From positions 1 to 52,215 of the IMG/VR virus record IMGVR_UViG_3300018933_000070: a stretch of 52,215 nt of DNA. The stretch is one strand, 5' to 3'. Below the pieces are notes generated by a model. The model saw only the letters and a list, made by a program, of their open reading frames with translations. It searched no databases and was not told the DNA's origin. The DNA comes from a virus. Taxonomy: Duplodnaviria; Caudoviricetes. The translations under genes and the position numbers were made by a program. Shown here in pieces: positions 1-8,967 of the stretch. The first letter of the stretch is position 1. Every line of letters starts with the position of its first letter.

Positions 1-159
1 TCAGGCCCCTCTTTTCTTACGCCGCACTTGCTTCAAGTACTTCGCGAACGAGTCATAATCATTGATTAGTGTATTGAATTGCTCTGAATCCAGATACACC
101 AGCGGCACAATGACATTACCCTGTACGGCGTAATCAAGATACTGAATGCCTTTAGACAT
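1..159 (-). CDS. Small hypothetical protein (52 aa, MSKGIQYLDY...)
   Basis: AAAGGAGG RBS upstream of ATG at 159; ORF track start at 219 probably over-extended. Confidence 0.6.
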   Translation of the reverse strand: MSKGIQYLDYAVQGNVIVPLVYLDSEQFNTLINDYDSFAKYLKQVRRKKRGA

Positions 160-259
160 CAGGATCCCTCCTTTATGCCTCTTCTTAATTATATCTCCAA
201 TATAACGACAATGATTCATGAATGCAAACCTTTAAGTGAAAAAGCGAAAATTTCCTCAC

Positions 260-463
260 CTACCCAGCATACTTAAATGTACAACTCTCGCGAAGATAAC
301 GCGAATCTCCCACCTTGACACTGTCATCAGTAATTTCATATATCCGTCCGCAGCCGATCAGCTCGTCCTCTATAAATACGGCGACAGGTGTTTGATCGAG
401 CATAGCGGTATGAAAATGTATATCCGCGGTCAGCGGCTTCATAAATCGTCTCATCATAATCAA
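260..463 (-). CDS. Small hypothetical protein, beta-rich
   Basis: 67-aa ORF, co-oriented with the neighbouring small gene. Confidence 0.5.
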   Translation of the reverse strand: MIMMRRFMKPLTADIHFHTAMLDQTPVAVFIEDELIGCGRIYEITDDSVKVGDSRYLRESCTFKYAG

Positions 464-660
464 AATATTACCATAATGTGCTTGTGTTTGGGATATTTAA
501 AGCACAAAAAGTCCAAGTCAGCCAGTAATATGCTTACATGTAGCAGTGTGCTTCTGGGAGATTGAGCTGCCGGGTATGTCTGGACACAATCCCGAATACC
601 ATTACTTACCGCCCCTTTATCGCATAGCTAAGCGCTATAATTCGGAAAAGGGGTGTTTCT

Positions 661-1515
661 ATGTTCATCGAACCAATGTTACTTGCGACCGCCCCCAGAC
701 CGTATTCCGATCCGAATTACATCTATGAGCCCAAGATCGACGGGCACCGGCTCCTGTTCTCACAGAAGGACGGCAAGATCCGGTTGTATACCCGGCACGA
801 GACGGACTGTACGCGGCAATATCCCGAGCTCCTGACGCCGTTTGAAGATGATATCCTTCTGGACGGTGAGGTGGCTTGTACCGACCCAGATACGGGGCTG
901 GTGGACTTTGAGCAAGTCATGACACGATTCCAGGCTAAAAAGGATCCGCGTATCAAGCAGTTGGCCGCAAAGTCACCAGTGACATACGTGGTGTTCGATA
1001 TCCTTCGATACAAAGGTCAAGACCTTCGGAAATTGCCACTCATGCGCCGCAAAGAGATCCTGGCCGGCATCAGCATGCCCAACAAACATTTTGGCGTTAT
1101 ACCTTATGTGGAAGGTGCAGGCGAGGCTTTGTTTGAACAGATGGTGTCTCGGAAACTTGAAGGGATGGTCGGCAAGAGAAAAAACAGTCTGTACGTGAGT
1201 CGGCGATCGCCAGACTGGCAAAAGGTAATCAACTGGTCCCATACTGACGTGATCATAACGGGGTATCGTAAAGATGAATTTGGATTGCTTACAGCTGTCC
1301 TTAATGAGTCTGGTCGGCATCGGCCAGCTGGAATTGTGGAGTTTGTAACGCAGGCGGCTCGCAAAGAGTTCTATTCGAAAAGTCGGGGACTTGTAGCAGC
1401 CGAGGATAAAAAATTTGTACTCTTGGATCCCAAGATACATGGGCGGGTGAAGTTTCGGAATTGGACTAAGTCAGGTATGCTCCGGACTCCGGTCTTCATG
1501 CATTTCATCGAGTAG
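661..1515 (+). CDS. ATP-dependent DNA ligase (LigD/LigC-like ligase domain plus OB domain)
   Basis: EPKIDGHR (KxDG adenylation motif), LDGEV, YVVFDIL, EGMVGK, C-terminal LRTPVF; AAAGGGG RBS. Confidence 0.93.
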   Translation: MFIEPMLLATAPRPYSDPNYIYEPKIDGHRLLFSQKDGKIRLYTRHETDCTRQYPELLTPFEDDILLDGEVACTDPDTGLVDFEQVMTRFQAKKDPRIKQLAAKSPVTYVVFDILRYKGQDLRKLPLMRRKEILAGISMPNKHFGVIPYVEGAGEALFEQMVSRKLEGMVGKRKNSLYVSRRSPDWQKVINWSHTDVIITGYRKDEFGLLTAVLNESGRHRPAGIVEFVTQAARKEFYSKSRGLVAAEDKKFVLLDPKIHGRVKFRNWTKSGMLRTPVFMHFIE

Positions 1516-1540
1516 CTTTTAATCACCTAATCTATCCATA

Positions 1541-1577
1541 AAAAAGACCCTAAGCCAAAGTGCTTGAGGGTCTTTTT
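1541..1577. terminator. Bidirectional intrinsic terminator between ligase and the convergent moron operon
   Basis: AAAAAGACCCT...AGGGTCTTTTT inverted repeat. Confidence 0.85.
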
Positions 1578-1593
1578 ATCGATGCGATGAGTA

Positions 1594-1830
1594 TTAATTC
1601 AGCTTATTATGAATCAAGTTTCGTTCCTCAATAATATACTCTGCCCAATATTCTGGGGGGTAGTGTCCAATAAATTCAGGGTCATCTTTTAGAATTTCCA
1701 GAAAAGTGGACTCCTCTATAAGCGTCAAGGCGTCCTTTCTTTCAATATCATAGGACGAGGAGATGGATTCGAGCACCATTTGCTTTAATCTTAACTCTAC
1801 ATATTCATCACTATAATGCATGCTCATCAT
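1594..1830 (-). CDS. Small acidic helical protein, DUF3791-like putative antitoxin (78 aa)
   Basis: ATGA overlap with the stop of the upstream gene; AAGGAAGTGA RBS; pattern 'ALTLIEESTF..L.DDP....HYPPEYW' resembles DUF3990 partner proteins. Confidence 0.6.
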   Translation of the reverse strand: MMSMHYSDEYVELRLKQMVLESISSSYDIERKDALTLIEESTFLEILKDDPEFIGHYPPEYWAEYIIEERNLIHNKLN

Positions 1831-2417
1831 CTCACTTCCTTTACGTCCTTTAGTATCAACCATTCAGCTGCTGTCTGTGTATGGACAGATAACTGGTCTT
1901 GGTAGTTATTCCCTTTGTACATCGGTTTCATACCTTGTATTACTTCTTCACGACTAATGATACCTTTTTTAAAGTCACCTAACAATACCCCAATATTAGG
2001 TTTACCATCTGCTAAGGGACCATAGACCAAGGGGATGTTTTGATCTATATTATGCAATTCCCCGAAATCTGTGAGTAGTCTGTTGCTTAAAACAAAATTA
2101 CCCCATTCTTCATCAGGCTTATCAAATATTTTGCAATTGCTCTTGATTTGCTCTTCAGTGATTGTAAGTTCATACTCACATACTATGGGGTGAACAAGGT
2201 CGTTAGAACCTGCCTTAATTCGCAATCGGTTGTACAGATTGGTTTTCCTAACCGCCTGTCGCTCCGCTTGGTAACTTTGACTCGTTAAGTAAAACCCTTT
2301 CCCAAAATCAGGTCGCGGATTCGCGCCACTAACATTAACGTCGATCCCCTGCCTCAGAGACATTAAATTGTTACTGGTTGTGCCGTGAAAGAGTCGTTTT
2401 GGAAGTTGATTTTTCAA
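1827..2417 (-). CDS. DUF3990-family ADP-ribosyltransferase-like protein (putative toxin)
   Basis: LFHGT, DFGKGFYLT, EEWGNFVLSNR, VYGPLADG and QLSVHT motifs typical of DUF3990; TTG start overlaps upstream TGA. Confidence 0.8.
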   Translation of the reverse strand: MKNQLPKRLFHGTTSNNLMSLRQGIDVNVSGANPRPDFGKGFYLTSQSYQAERQAVRKTNLYNRLRIKAGSNDLVHPIVCEYELTITEEQIKSNCKIFDKPDEEWGNFVLSNRLLTDFGELHNIDQNIPLVYGPLADGKPNIGVLLGDFKKGIISREEVIQGMKPMYKGNNYQDQLSVHTQTAAEWLILKDVKEVR

Positions 2418-2893
2418 TTTTCTACAGTCTCCTTGTGAAACACTTGACTGAAAAACTCTTCATATACGTCAATTGGATCTTTTTCTCCAAAGCCAACACT
2501 GTACACTGGCTTAATTTGTTGTTCAGCCATATTAAGAACTAGACCTATTGTTTTCCAGACTTGAGACTTTGTTGTTTCAAACAAACCTGCCGAGCTAAAA
2601 GCGACTTTCCCTGATTTTAAATCTATTATAAATTTCCCCATCTTCAAGCGGGCATTTATAAGATGAAGATAAATCGAAACTTCAGAAAGCCTTTCCATTG
2701 GAACATTAGTTGGAAATGCCGATTCAATAATAAAATACTCTTCATCAATATTAATTATTAAGTCTGTTGAATAGTCACCATTACCATCATCTGTACTGAA
2801 TGGCACTATAAACTTGTTATCCTGCTCCTCAAAGACTAATTCAAGCTCATTAAGAATTTTTTTAAATTCGCTATAGTTTTTATTAACATCCAT
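2414..2893 (-). CDS. YbjN / type III secretion chaperone-like protein
   Basis: 159 aa, acidic; 'PTNVPMERLSEVSIYLHLINARLKMGKFIIDLKSGKVAF' matches the YbjN pattern. Confidence 0.7.
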   Translation of the reverse strand: MDVNKNYSEFKKILNELELVFEEQDNKFIVPFSTDDGNGDYSTDLIINIDEEYFIIESAFPTNVPMERLSEVSIYLHLINARLKMGKFIIDLKSGKVAFSSAGLFETTKSQVWKTIGLVLNMAEQQIKPVYSVGFGEKDPIDVYEEFFSQVFHKETVEN

Positions 2894-2939
2894 GTTTTAA
2901 CCCCTACCTTAATTTTATGTACGTTCTTAAATAAATCAT

Positions 2940-2966
2940 CTTCGACACATCTAAGACGTTTTCCTT
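2940..2966 (-). promoter_or_regulatory. Putative SigH-type promoter for the three-gene moron
   Basis: Minus strand AAGGAAAA-N12-GTCGAAG resembles the SigH consensus AGGA...GAAT; TGTCGAA also matches a Spo0A box. Confidence 0.5.
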
Positions 2967-3000
2967 TTTACTTCTGTGTTATTTTCAACATACTAAAACA

Positions 3001-3038
3001 AAAAAAGCCTACCGGCACATAAGTCGGTAGGCTTTTTT
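3001..3038. terminator. Bidirectional terminator after the endolysin
   Basis: AAAAAAGCCTACCGGC-loop-GTCGGTAGGCTTTTTT. Confidence 0.88.
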
Positions 3039-3803
3039 CTAATTCTGCCCTGCTTCAATTTCCTGCAACTTCTTCTCTAGTTCCTCGATCCGGGCGGTAT
3101 TACCTCCGATCAATTTAAGGAAATTCTTCCGGAGCCGGTTGAACACAACAGCAACCTCTTCTCGAGTGATCGGCGCACCCGGCCGACTGCCGTCCACATA
3201 ACCGTTCTTTTTCATTTCTTCCCAAGCTGAAGCTGCCCAGGGGCTTACCACGTTGATATCACGCTCTTTAGTCACCTTCACGCCCTCCTCCTGTAATGTT
3301 TTTATTCTCTTGAGAGCAGCATTCACCTTTGATTGTGCCGGTTTAACGCCATTGCGAAGTTGGGCGCACGTCAGACCAAACACCATTTCAAAGTGCGGAT
3401 AATCTTTAAACGTCTTCCAATCGCCGCCCCAGTCAAAACCTATCTTCTTTGCTTCCTCCACAACTTCAAGCCAATCGAAGGTTTTGTCAAAGTCACCATC
3501 GCGTCGCATGTCCCAGCTAACACTTTTACCGTCCGGCGTTAGCAACGCAAAATCGATCGCCAATCCAAAGTTATGGAAACTGTGCCCGCCCTTTGCATTC
3601 GTCACAATAGCTCCTGGCTTAGTTCTGCCCTGCTCGTATAAGGCATTCTGCTCCGTGATTGTCCGTAACCCTTGGGTTATCACTATCGGCACCCCTCGGG
3701 CGTGACAGCGCTCAATTAGCAGTTCGGCAGCCTGTTTCACTACTGGATGCAAACCGTTAAGACGTGCTGCCGATTTGCTCTTTACTTGCTCCAGCGACAA
3801 CAT
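3039..3803 (-). CDS. Endolysin: M15 L-Ala-D-Glu peptidase (CwlK/Ply500-like) with an SLH-like C-terminal region
   Basis: QGLRT..EQ, SFHNFGLAIDF, WGGDW..FKDYPHFE; C-terminal WA...GYVDGSRPGAPITREE; AGGAGG RBS before MLSLEQ. Confidence 0.92.
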   Translation of the reverse strand: MLSLEQVKSKSAARLNGLHPVVKQAAELLIERCHARGVPIVITQGLRTITEQNALYEQGRTKPGAIVTNAKGGHSFHNFGLAIDFALLTPDGKSVSWDMRRDGDFDKTFDWLEVVEEAKKIGFDWGGDWKTFKDYPHFEMVFGLTCAQLRNGVKPAQSKVNAALKRIKTLQEEGVKVTKERDINVVSPWAASAWEEMKKNGYVDGSRPGAPITREEVAVVFNRLRKNFLKLIGGNTARIEELEKKLQEIEAGQN

Positions 3804-3805
3804 TC

Positions 3806-4078
3806 TTACTCCTCCTTCTGAACGCCAATCTTGGCCTGCTTCACAGCCTGGTGACCAAATACAGCAAAAGCCCCTGCAAGAATGCCCTGAATCAGTGCTT
3901 CGACTGACCACCCGATCAGGCCGATTGTCAGCCAAACAGCGATAATCAGAACAAGGTATACAATGCTCCAATCCGGCACCTTCGGCGTTTTCTTCAAGAT
4001 GAACCCGATAACCCAACATGCGGCCACTACGATAAGTAGCCGCGGATCGATCAATTCAAAAATCATGTTCCATTCCAT
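3806..4078 (-). CDS. Phage holin
   Basis: 90 aa, 2-3 transmembrane segments, KKTPKVPDWSI motif, directly upstream of the endolysin. Confidence 0.88.
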   Translation of the reverse strand: MEWNMIFELIDPRLLIVVAACWVIGFILKKTPKVPDWSIVYLVLIIAVWLTIGLIGWSVEALIQGILAGAFAVFGHQAVKQAKIGVQKEE

Positions 4079-4095
4079 TTACAAATCATCCTCTC

Positions 4096-4386
4096 TTATT
4101 TTTCTTCCAGCCGGTCCAGCCGTTTGTGCGCTTGTTTCGCCGATTCCTCGACTCGCGTGATTCGCTCGGATAATCCGTCCATACGCTGTCCTTGCATGCG
4201 AAGATCTACCCGAATATCATCAATGCCTCGCTTGATGTATGACACATCAGTCTGTAGTGATGCGTCCGCTGTCGCCTCTTGGGCAACCTCATCCTTGAAT
4301 GCCTTGGTTCTACCGATCCAGCCGAGCAACATGCCGCTAATGGCACAAATTGCCCCAATGAGTGTAATCATCACATTGAAATCCAC
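4096..4386 (-). CDS. Holin-associated membrane/coiled-coil protein (XhlA/BhlA-like)
   Basis: N-terminal TM, C-terminal RITRVEESAKQAHKRLD; lysis-cassette position; GTG start inferred. Confidence 0.7.
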   Translation of the reverse strand: MDFNVMITLIGAICAISGMLLGWIGRTKAFKDEVAQEATADASLQTDVSYIKRGIDDIRVDLRMQGQRMDGLSERITRVEESAKQAHKRLDRLEEK

Positions 4387-4464
4387 CCTTCTTCCCCCTG
4401 TCTCTTTGAATAAAAAGAGCCCCTGGACCACTCCAAGGGCATAAAAAATACGCCTTTCGGCGCG

Positions 4465-4605
4465 CTATGCTACGTATTCAATGCCTGTGATCTGCTGGTA
4501 TTCCTCCGCTGTGATCATCTTGGCAACGACAAAGGTCTTCAGACTGTCATCATTGTACAAAGGATGCTGGTTATCGTAATAACGCTTGATGATCGGATAC
4601 CACAT
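4465..4605 (-). CDS. XkdX-family small tail protein (46 aa, not in ORF track)
   Basis: Hand translation MWYPIIKRYYD...ITAEEYQQITGIEYVA; ITxEEYxxITG is the XkdX signature. Confidence 0.85.
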   Translation of the reverse strand: MWYPIIKRYYDNQHPLYNDDSLKTFVVAKMITAEEYQQITGIEYVA

Positions 4606-4908
4606 TTACACTGCACCTCCTTTCAGTGCAGCGACTTCAAGCAACAGACTGCCTACGGTATCTTCAAGGGAGGCTATCGTTGCCTTATCATTGGCGCTCT
4701 CCAAAATGAGGTTCCCAACAGTCTGATTCAACTCAGTGACTTGTTGGGACAGCGTAGGTTCCGGGTCTGGGAGCTCAGGATACTCGTCAGCAAAAACAAG
4801 GAAATTCCCCTCAGTTATATTTTGCTCCTCGATTAAGAACAGGTCAGAATGCTCCTGAATAAGTGTTTCGCGCTCTGCCAAAGTGGTATATTGTTTTTTT
4901 ACTCGCAT
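4606..4908 (-). CDS. Tail fibre-associated/assembly protein (XkdW-position)
   Basis: Between tail fibre and XkdX; C-terminal coiled coil. Confidence 0.55.
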   Translation of the reverse strand: MRVKKQYTTLAERETLIQEHSDLFLIEEQNITEGNFLVFADEYPELPDPEPTLSQQVTELNQTVGNLILESANDKATIASLEDTVGSLLLEVAALKGGAV

Positions 4909-4925
4909 TCAAATTCCCCCTCCTT

Positions 4926-6410
4926 CTAACTTCGCGAACTCCAAACTTCAATATTTGTAGAAACTTTAAAATCTCGTAAATGCACATAACCTCCGCTCTT
5001 ATTTGTCCACACATACACCTGAATTTTATCATTTCCATTAATGGTAATATCCTCTATATACCCAATGTAGGATGAGGTGACTGATCGCAGGGTGCCCCTA
5101 GGCGTACCATTAACATATATCTGTCCGTACCCAATAAACCCATCTTGTACACCTAAATAGAATTGGACGCGATACGTACCAGCCATAGATATAACACACC
5201 CGAACCCTATTCCAGGGGAGGTTCCGAATGTGCTAAGGGGACCTATTTCTTCGAAGAATTTCATCTTATCCCCTGGACCAATTGTTTTAAGATTACCTAT
5301 AACCGGCCCGAATGACACGCCGTCCCTAAGGTTCTCTGGTTTAATCCCAGTTGCCGGGGCTGTTACCCAGGAACTACCGTCATAATAACCCCGAGGTGGG
5401 GAGATAAACACGCGGTCCCCAGCCCATACAGTCATATCCTGACCCGGCATATGGTGGTTTTCGGCGCTTCGGTTTGGCATACTGCCGTTAAATGGACCGC
5501 TTGCATTTGAGGCGCTCTTCCCGGCCAATAGATCGGCTGCCGTTGCATTGCCTGTTGCTCGGATGATTGCCGAGATCTTTGGAATGAGCTGCGCCCAGGA
5601 TTCACTTGTGGATGCCGGTACACCTATGGAGTTGAGCGCGGCAACCACATTCGCTTTCTGCTCAACTCCAAGCTGCTTTGCCGCAGTCGCCTCCGAATAT
5701 GCGGAGTCCGCCCGTGACTGTGCGGTAGCAGCTGCTGTCACTCCCGCGCTCCCCCGGTCATATGCAGCCTTTACTGCTTTTGGTGTCGCGGCCATCGCCT
5801 CGGACGTACTGTCGGTAGCGCTGGATAGCTGTGTGATGCCCTTTTGCGTTAGGGATGCGTCTGGGACGTCGATATTCTCAATTCTCGCCAATATTTCTTC
5901 AAGGCTGATATTTACCCGTTGATCCGTTGACGTGATAACTCCACTGGTATCCGTCGCTACATAAAAAAGCAACACCCCTGCTTTGGCTGTTGCCTGAGAT
6001 GTTGTCTTTTTGACGATCCCATCGGTATCTACATACAAATACTGCCCTTGAGTTGGATTAAGCGTCATATTGCCGGCAGGTACTTCAAGCCGACGGCCAC
6101 CGACATAAGCCACCCCAGCGGTCCAGGATGCTGTGAGGCCTTGTGTGCTGCACTGCAATCCCATAACCCCATCGATCACGGCAACAAAATTACCAGCAAG
6201 CTCTTTGGTAAGCTGCTCAATCAGGATATGAGCTCCTTCGATTCCACCCTCCATGTTATTAAGCCTGGCGGATGTGATCCGGGTACCTGCCTGAACCAAT
6301 TCGAATAGAGGCCGCCCCGTCTGCGGATCCGTTTTTTGCTTACCAGATCCATCTAAGATAGGGCGAGACATGTCCGGTATTTCATCTAACCACTGTTGCT
6401 TATTATACAA
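4926..6410 (-). CDS. Tail fibre protein
   Basis: Phage fibre repeat DASLTQKGITQLSSATDSTSEAMAATPKAVKAAYD; follows baseplate genes. Confidence 0.88.
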   Translation of the reverse strand: MYNKQQWLDEIPDMSRPILDGSGKQKTDPQTGRPLFELVQAGTRITSARLNNMEGGIEGAHILIEQLTKELAGNFVAVIDGVMGLQCSTQGLTASWTAGVAYVGGRRLEVPAGNMTLNPTQGQYLYVDTDGIVKKTTSQATAKAGVLLFYVATDTSGVITSTDQRVNISLEEILARIENIDVPDASLTQKGITQLSSATDSTSEAMAATPKAVKAAYDRGSAGVTAAATAQSRADSAYSEATAAKQLGVEQKANVVAALNSIGVPASTSESWAQLIPKISAIIRATGNATAADLLAGKSASNASGPFNGSMPNRSAENHHMPGQDMTVWAGDRVFISPPRGYYDGSSWVTAPATGIKPENLRDGVSFGPVIGNLKTIGPGDKMKFFEEIGPLSTFGTSPGIGFGCVISMAGTYRVQFYLGVQDGFIGYGQIYVNGTPRGTLRSVTSSYIGYIEDITINGNDKIQVYVWTNKSGGYVHLRDFKVSTNIEVWSSRS

Positions 6411-6723
6411 TTGACTTCACCTCCAACTTCACTTCAAACTCAAATCCGATGAGGAAACCACGATCATTTTTAACCACATTCATGAATTGATTAGCAAGCG
6501 TTCTGCCCTGGGCATCCATCAAGGACGCTCCAAGGATCTGCTTCCCAATGGCGTCCGTCTCACCAAGAAATACATACTTCCGAACAGACCGACCAGATAT
6601 CACGGTATTGTGAATCGGATACTCAATAAGCTCGCCGCCGACGTTGACTAAGGCGTGGTCAATACGAGAATCAATGTCCTGTACTACGTAATCAAGCAGC
6701 AGTGGCTGAATAACATCTGCCAT
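6403..6723 (-). CDS. Baseplate/tail fibre attachment protein, hypothetical
   Basis: Coupled ORF within the tail operon. Confidence 0.6.
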   Translation of the reverse strand: MADVIQPLLLDYVVQDIDSRIDHALVNVGGELIEYPIHNTVISGRSVRKYVFLGETDAIGKQILGASLMDAQGRTLANQFMNVVKNDRGFLIGFEFEVKLEVKSIV

Positions 6724-7376
6724 TATGATGTCCCTCCTTGCATGGGTATTTCAAAACCAGTGATCGGGCTGTCGATGCCGGTACGTGTCGTCGCCGCCCC
6801 AATGGTTATGTTCTGCGTCGCCATCGCGCCGCTCGTCCCCGGCTCCATCGGCATTTCTAGCCCGCAAATTGGGAAATCAATGCTGTGCTTGTAAGCCTTG
6901 GCACTCAATGTGATTGTTGACGAAGGCGCCTTTACAACAGGGACTGCCCGATTGATGTGTACTGGACGGATATATTCGAAATCACCAAATAGCCCCTCGA
7001 GGCTGATCGGGGAGCTGGTATCATATTCAAAGTGAATCTCTTTTGCCAGAAAATCTTCTCTCACATCTAGTAGTTTTCCGTATTGAGCACCCAACTGCCG
7101 GAGAATCGACAATTTGAACGGTTTCTTGGCTAAACGCTTCCGGCGGATTGCCTCCCGCCTCTGCTCGATTGTCCCAAGCTGTTCTGTACGAAAGTAAATC
7201 CACTCCCAAAGCCCAAGTCCCCATGTCGCACGCTTCAACAAGAACTGGTCTACCAGATCATCCATCTTCAATTCGCGCGAATCGATCTCTTCCTCCATGA
7301 CGGAAAAGTGCCAGCCCGCCACCTCGTTTTCATACCAATAGGGCGGCAAAACTTCCCGGTACCGAACAGGAATCAT
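6723..7376 (-). CDS. Baseplate wedge protein (XkdU/YmfQ/DUF2313-like)
   Basis: LPPYWY, ATWGLGLWE, EQRREAI, IRPVHI motifs. Confidence 0.8.
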   Translation of the reverse strand: MIPVRYREVLPPYWYENEVAGWHFSVMEEEIDSRELKMDDLVDQFLLKRATWGLGLWEWIYFRTEQLGTIEQRREAIRRKRLAKKPFKLSILRQLGAQYGKLLDVREDFLAKEIHFEYDTSSPISLEGLFGDFEYIRPVHINRAVPVVKAPSSTITLSAKAYKHSIDFPICGLEMPMEPGTSGAMATQNITIGAATTRTGIDSPITGFEIPMQGGTS

Positions 7377-8197
7377 GAAAGAATCACCTCAACCTGCAGA
7401 ATAGATACGGGCGGGATGTCCACGTCCTGATCGCCATCATTAAGCGTAAAGGCGCTGTAGTTCTCAACTCCCGGCGCAAGCAGGAGAGCGGCGATATAGT
7501 TATACAACAGCTTGCTACGGCCGTTTGCGTAACTGATCACACGCTGCCGGATCAGTTCAGCCAGCTTTTGAAGGTCTTCAGCTGTTTCCAGTGTAGCTTT
7601 CACGGTGACAACAAATATCGGTGCCGGATGCACGGCCAGATCATGCCCAGCAATGCGGTAATCCTCCCACATCAGTTCCTTGACCCGCTCAGCAAACTCT
7701 GGCGTGATCGGCTGCCCGGACATATCCGTGAGGTATAGATCGATTGAATTGTCATGGCGTTCCTTCTCACGGGCTACGGCATTGCCCACGCCTTGGATTT
7801 CTTTTGCCCAAGTTTCGTAATCTTTCCGGCGTCCGCTCCCCTCTTCGTTAAACGCTCGATCCAGAATCCGTAGCCGATAGTCATCGTTCGATTCTCCTTC
7901 TTTGCGCGGAATCCCGTCGGCCCACCCGTGGGCATCCAAAAACTCATCATCTGCCCAAATGGGTGTGGCCTGCAGCACGCCATATCCCCACAATTCTTGT
8001 TGCTCGGCAAGCTCCTGAGCGATCGGGTACCACATGTCATAAAAAAACTCCCCTTCGCCAACCGGCGGCGGCGGTAAACCACGCTCATTAGCGAGCGCAA
8101 TCACACGATTCACCCAACGTTGATAGATCATTTCGGGTGTTTCTTCCAGTACAGGCATACTCGGAAATTTTGGTAAATCATTAATTGTTAGGCTCAT
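7373..8197 (-). CDS. Baseplate J-like protein (XkdT-like)
   Basis: FLDAHG...ESNDDYRLRI...GSGRRKDYETWA. Confidence 0.88.
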   Translation of the reverse strand: MSLTINDLPKFPSMPVLEETPEMIYQRWVNRVIALANERGLPPPPVGEGEFFYDMWYPIAQELAEQQELWGYGVLQATPIWADDEFLDAHGWADGIPRKEGESNDDYRLRILDRAFNEEGSGRRKDYETWAKEIQGVGNAVAREKERHDNSIDLYLTDMSGQPITPEFAERVKELMWEDYRIAGHDLAVHPAPIFVVTVKATLETAEDLQKLAELIRQRVISYANGRSKLLYNYIAALLLAPGVENYSAFTLNDGDQDVDIPPVSILQVEVILS

Positions 8198-8637
8198 ATC
8201 TCGATCACCTCATTTAGTTCAGCGCTGCCAACCAGACCGGTGATAAGGACAGTTAATTCCATTCCGCGATCAACACGGGATATCGAGATTACTTCGGCCT
8301 CCTCGATCTCAGGGTGAGCCGTTAATGCCTCTTCGATGTCGCGGATGATCTCATGATCTTCCCAACCTGACCATTCTGATTTTTCAACGCCCACATCCTC
8401 ACCATAAACCACGTACTGAAACCGTTCAGTACAAAGGATCTTCATTGCCGTTTCAACAAGGAACTCCTCATAAGTTTCGGTACGTACAGGCCCCCCGAAC
8501 TCATCCAGAACAGCCCTACGGTTGTGGTAATCTATTTTATAGGTCCATTTGGTAGCGGAAGGAATGGAGTCCACCAAATCGGTAACATCGACTTCATCCA
8601 ACTCCATATCAGGAAAAAGTGTATCTTCCTCGTCCAT
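8194..8637 (-). CDS. gp25-like baseplate protein (XkdS/DUF2634-like)
   Basis: KILCTERFQYVVYG.D.G.E, IEEAL..HP. Confidence 0.8.
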   Translation of the reverse strand: MDEEDTLFPDMELDEVDVTDLVDSIPSATKWTYKIDYHNRRAVLDEFGGPVRTETYEEFLVETAMKILCTERFQYVVYGEDVGVEKSEWSGWEDHEIIRDIEEALTAHPEIEEAEVISISRVDRGMELTVLITGLVGSAELNEVIEI

Positions 8638-8640
8638 CCG

Positions 8641-8967
8641 CTATCGCTCCTTTCCGAGAACGTAATACCGCTGTCCGGTCATCCGGGAAACAATGAGCCG
8701 ATCGCCAACCTTCAGGGGGCTTGGGACTAGTAATTTCCCTTTCATCGTTGAAGCTTCAGGCTCCGTCACTTCAAACGTAACTTCCATTTCATGTTCCTGA
8801 AGATAATCCGCAATGACCAGGCTCCCGGCTTCATAAGGATAGGGATCGCCGTCCACTTCGATCTTCGCATCCGGCCAGCTCAGGAGCGTTGCTCGCTCCG
8901 TATCACGCGCATCGATGCGATCCTTCGTCTTGTTCTGTAACAGCTTAATTGCATCCAGCAGCATCAA
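8641..8967 (-). CDS. Baseplate spike-like protein (XkdR/DUF2577-like)
   Basis: LKVGDRLIV...GQRYYVLGK. Confidence 0.75.
   Translation of the reverse strand: MMLLDAIKLLQNKTKDRIDARDTERATLLSWPDAKIEVDGDPYPYEAGSLVIADYLQEHEMEVTFEVTEPEASTMKGKLLVPSPLKVGDRLIVSRMTGQRYYVLGKER

Noticed and set aside
3804-4019. N-terminal extension of the endolysin in the ORF track
   Set aside because: Overlaps the holin in another frame; a strong RBS precedes ATG at 3803
4926-6410. Diversity-generating retroelement or invertible tail-fibre switch
   Set aside because: No reverse transcriptase, template repeat or invertase seen
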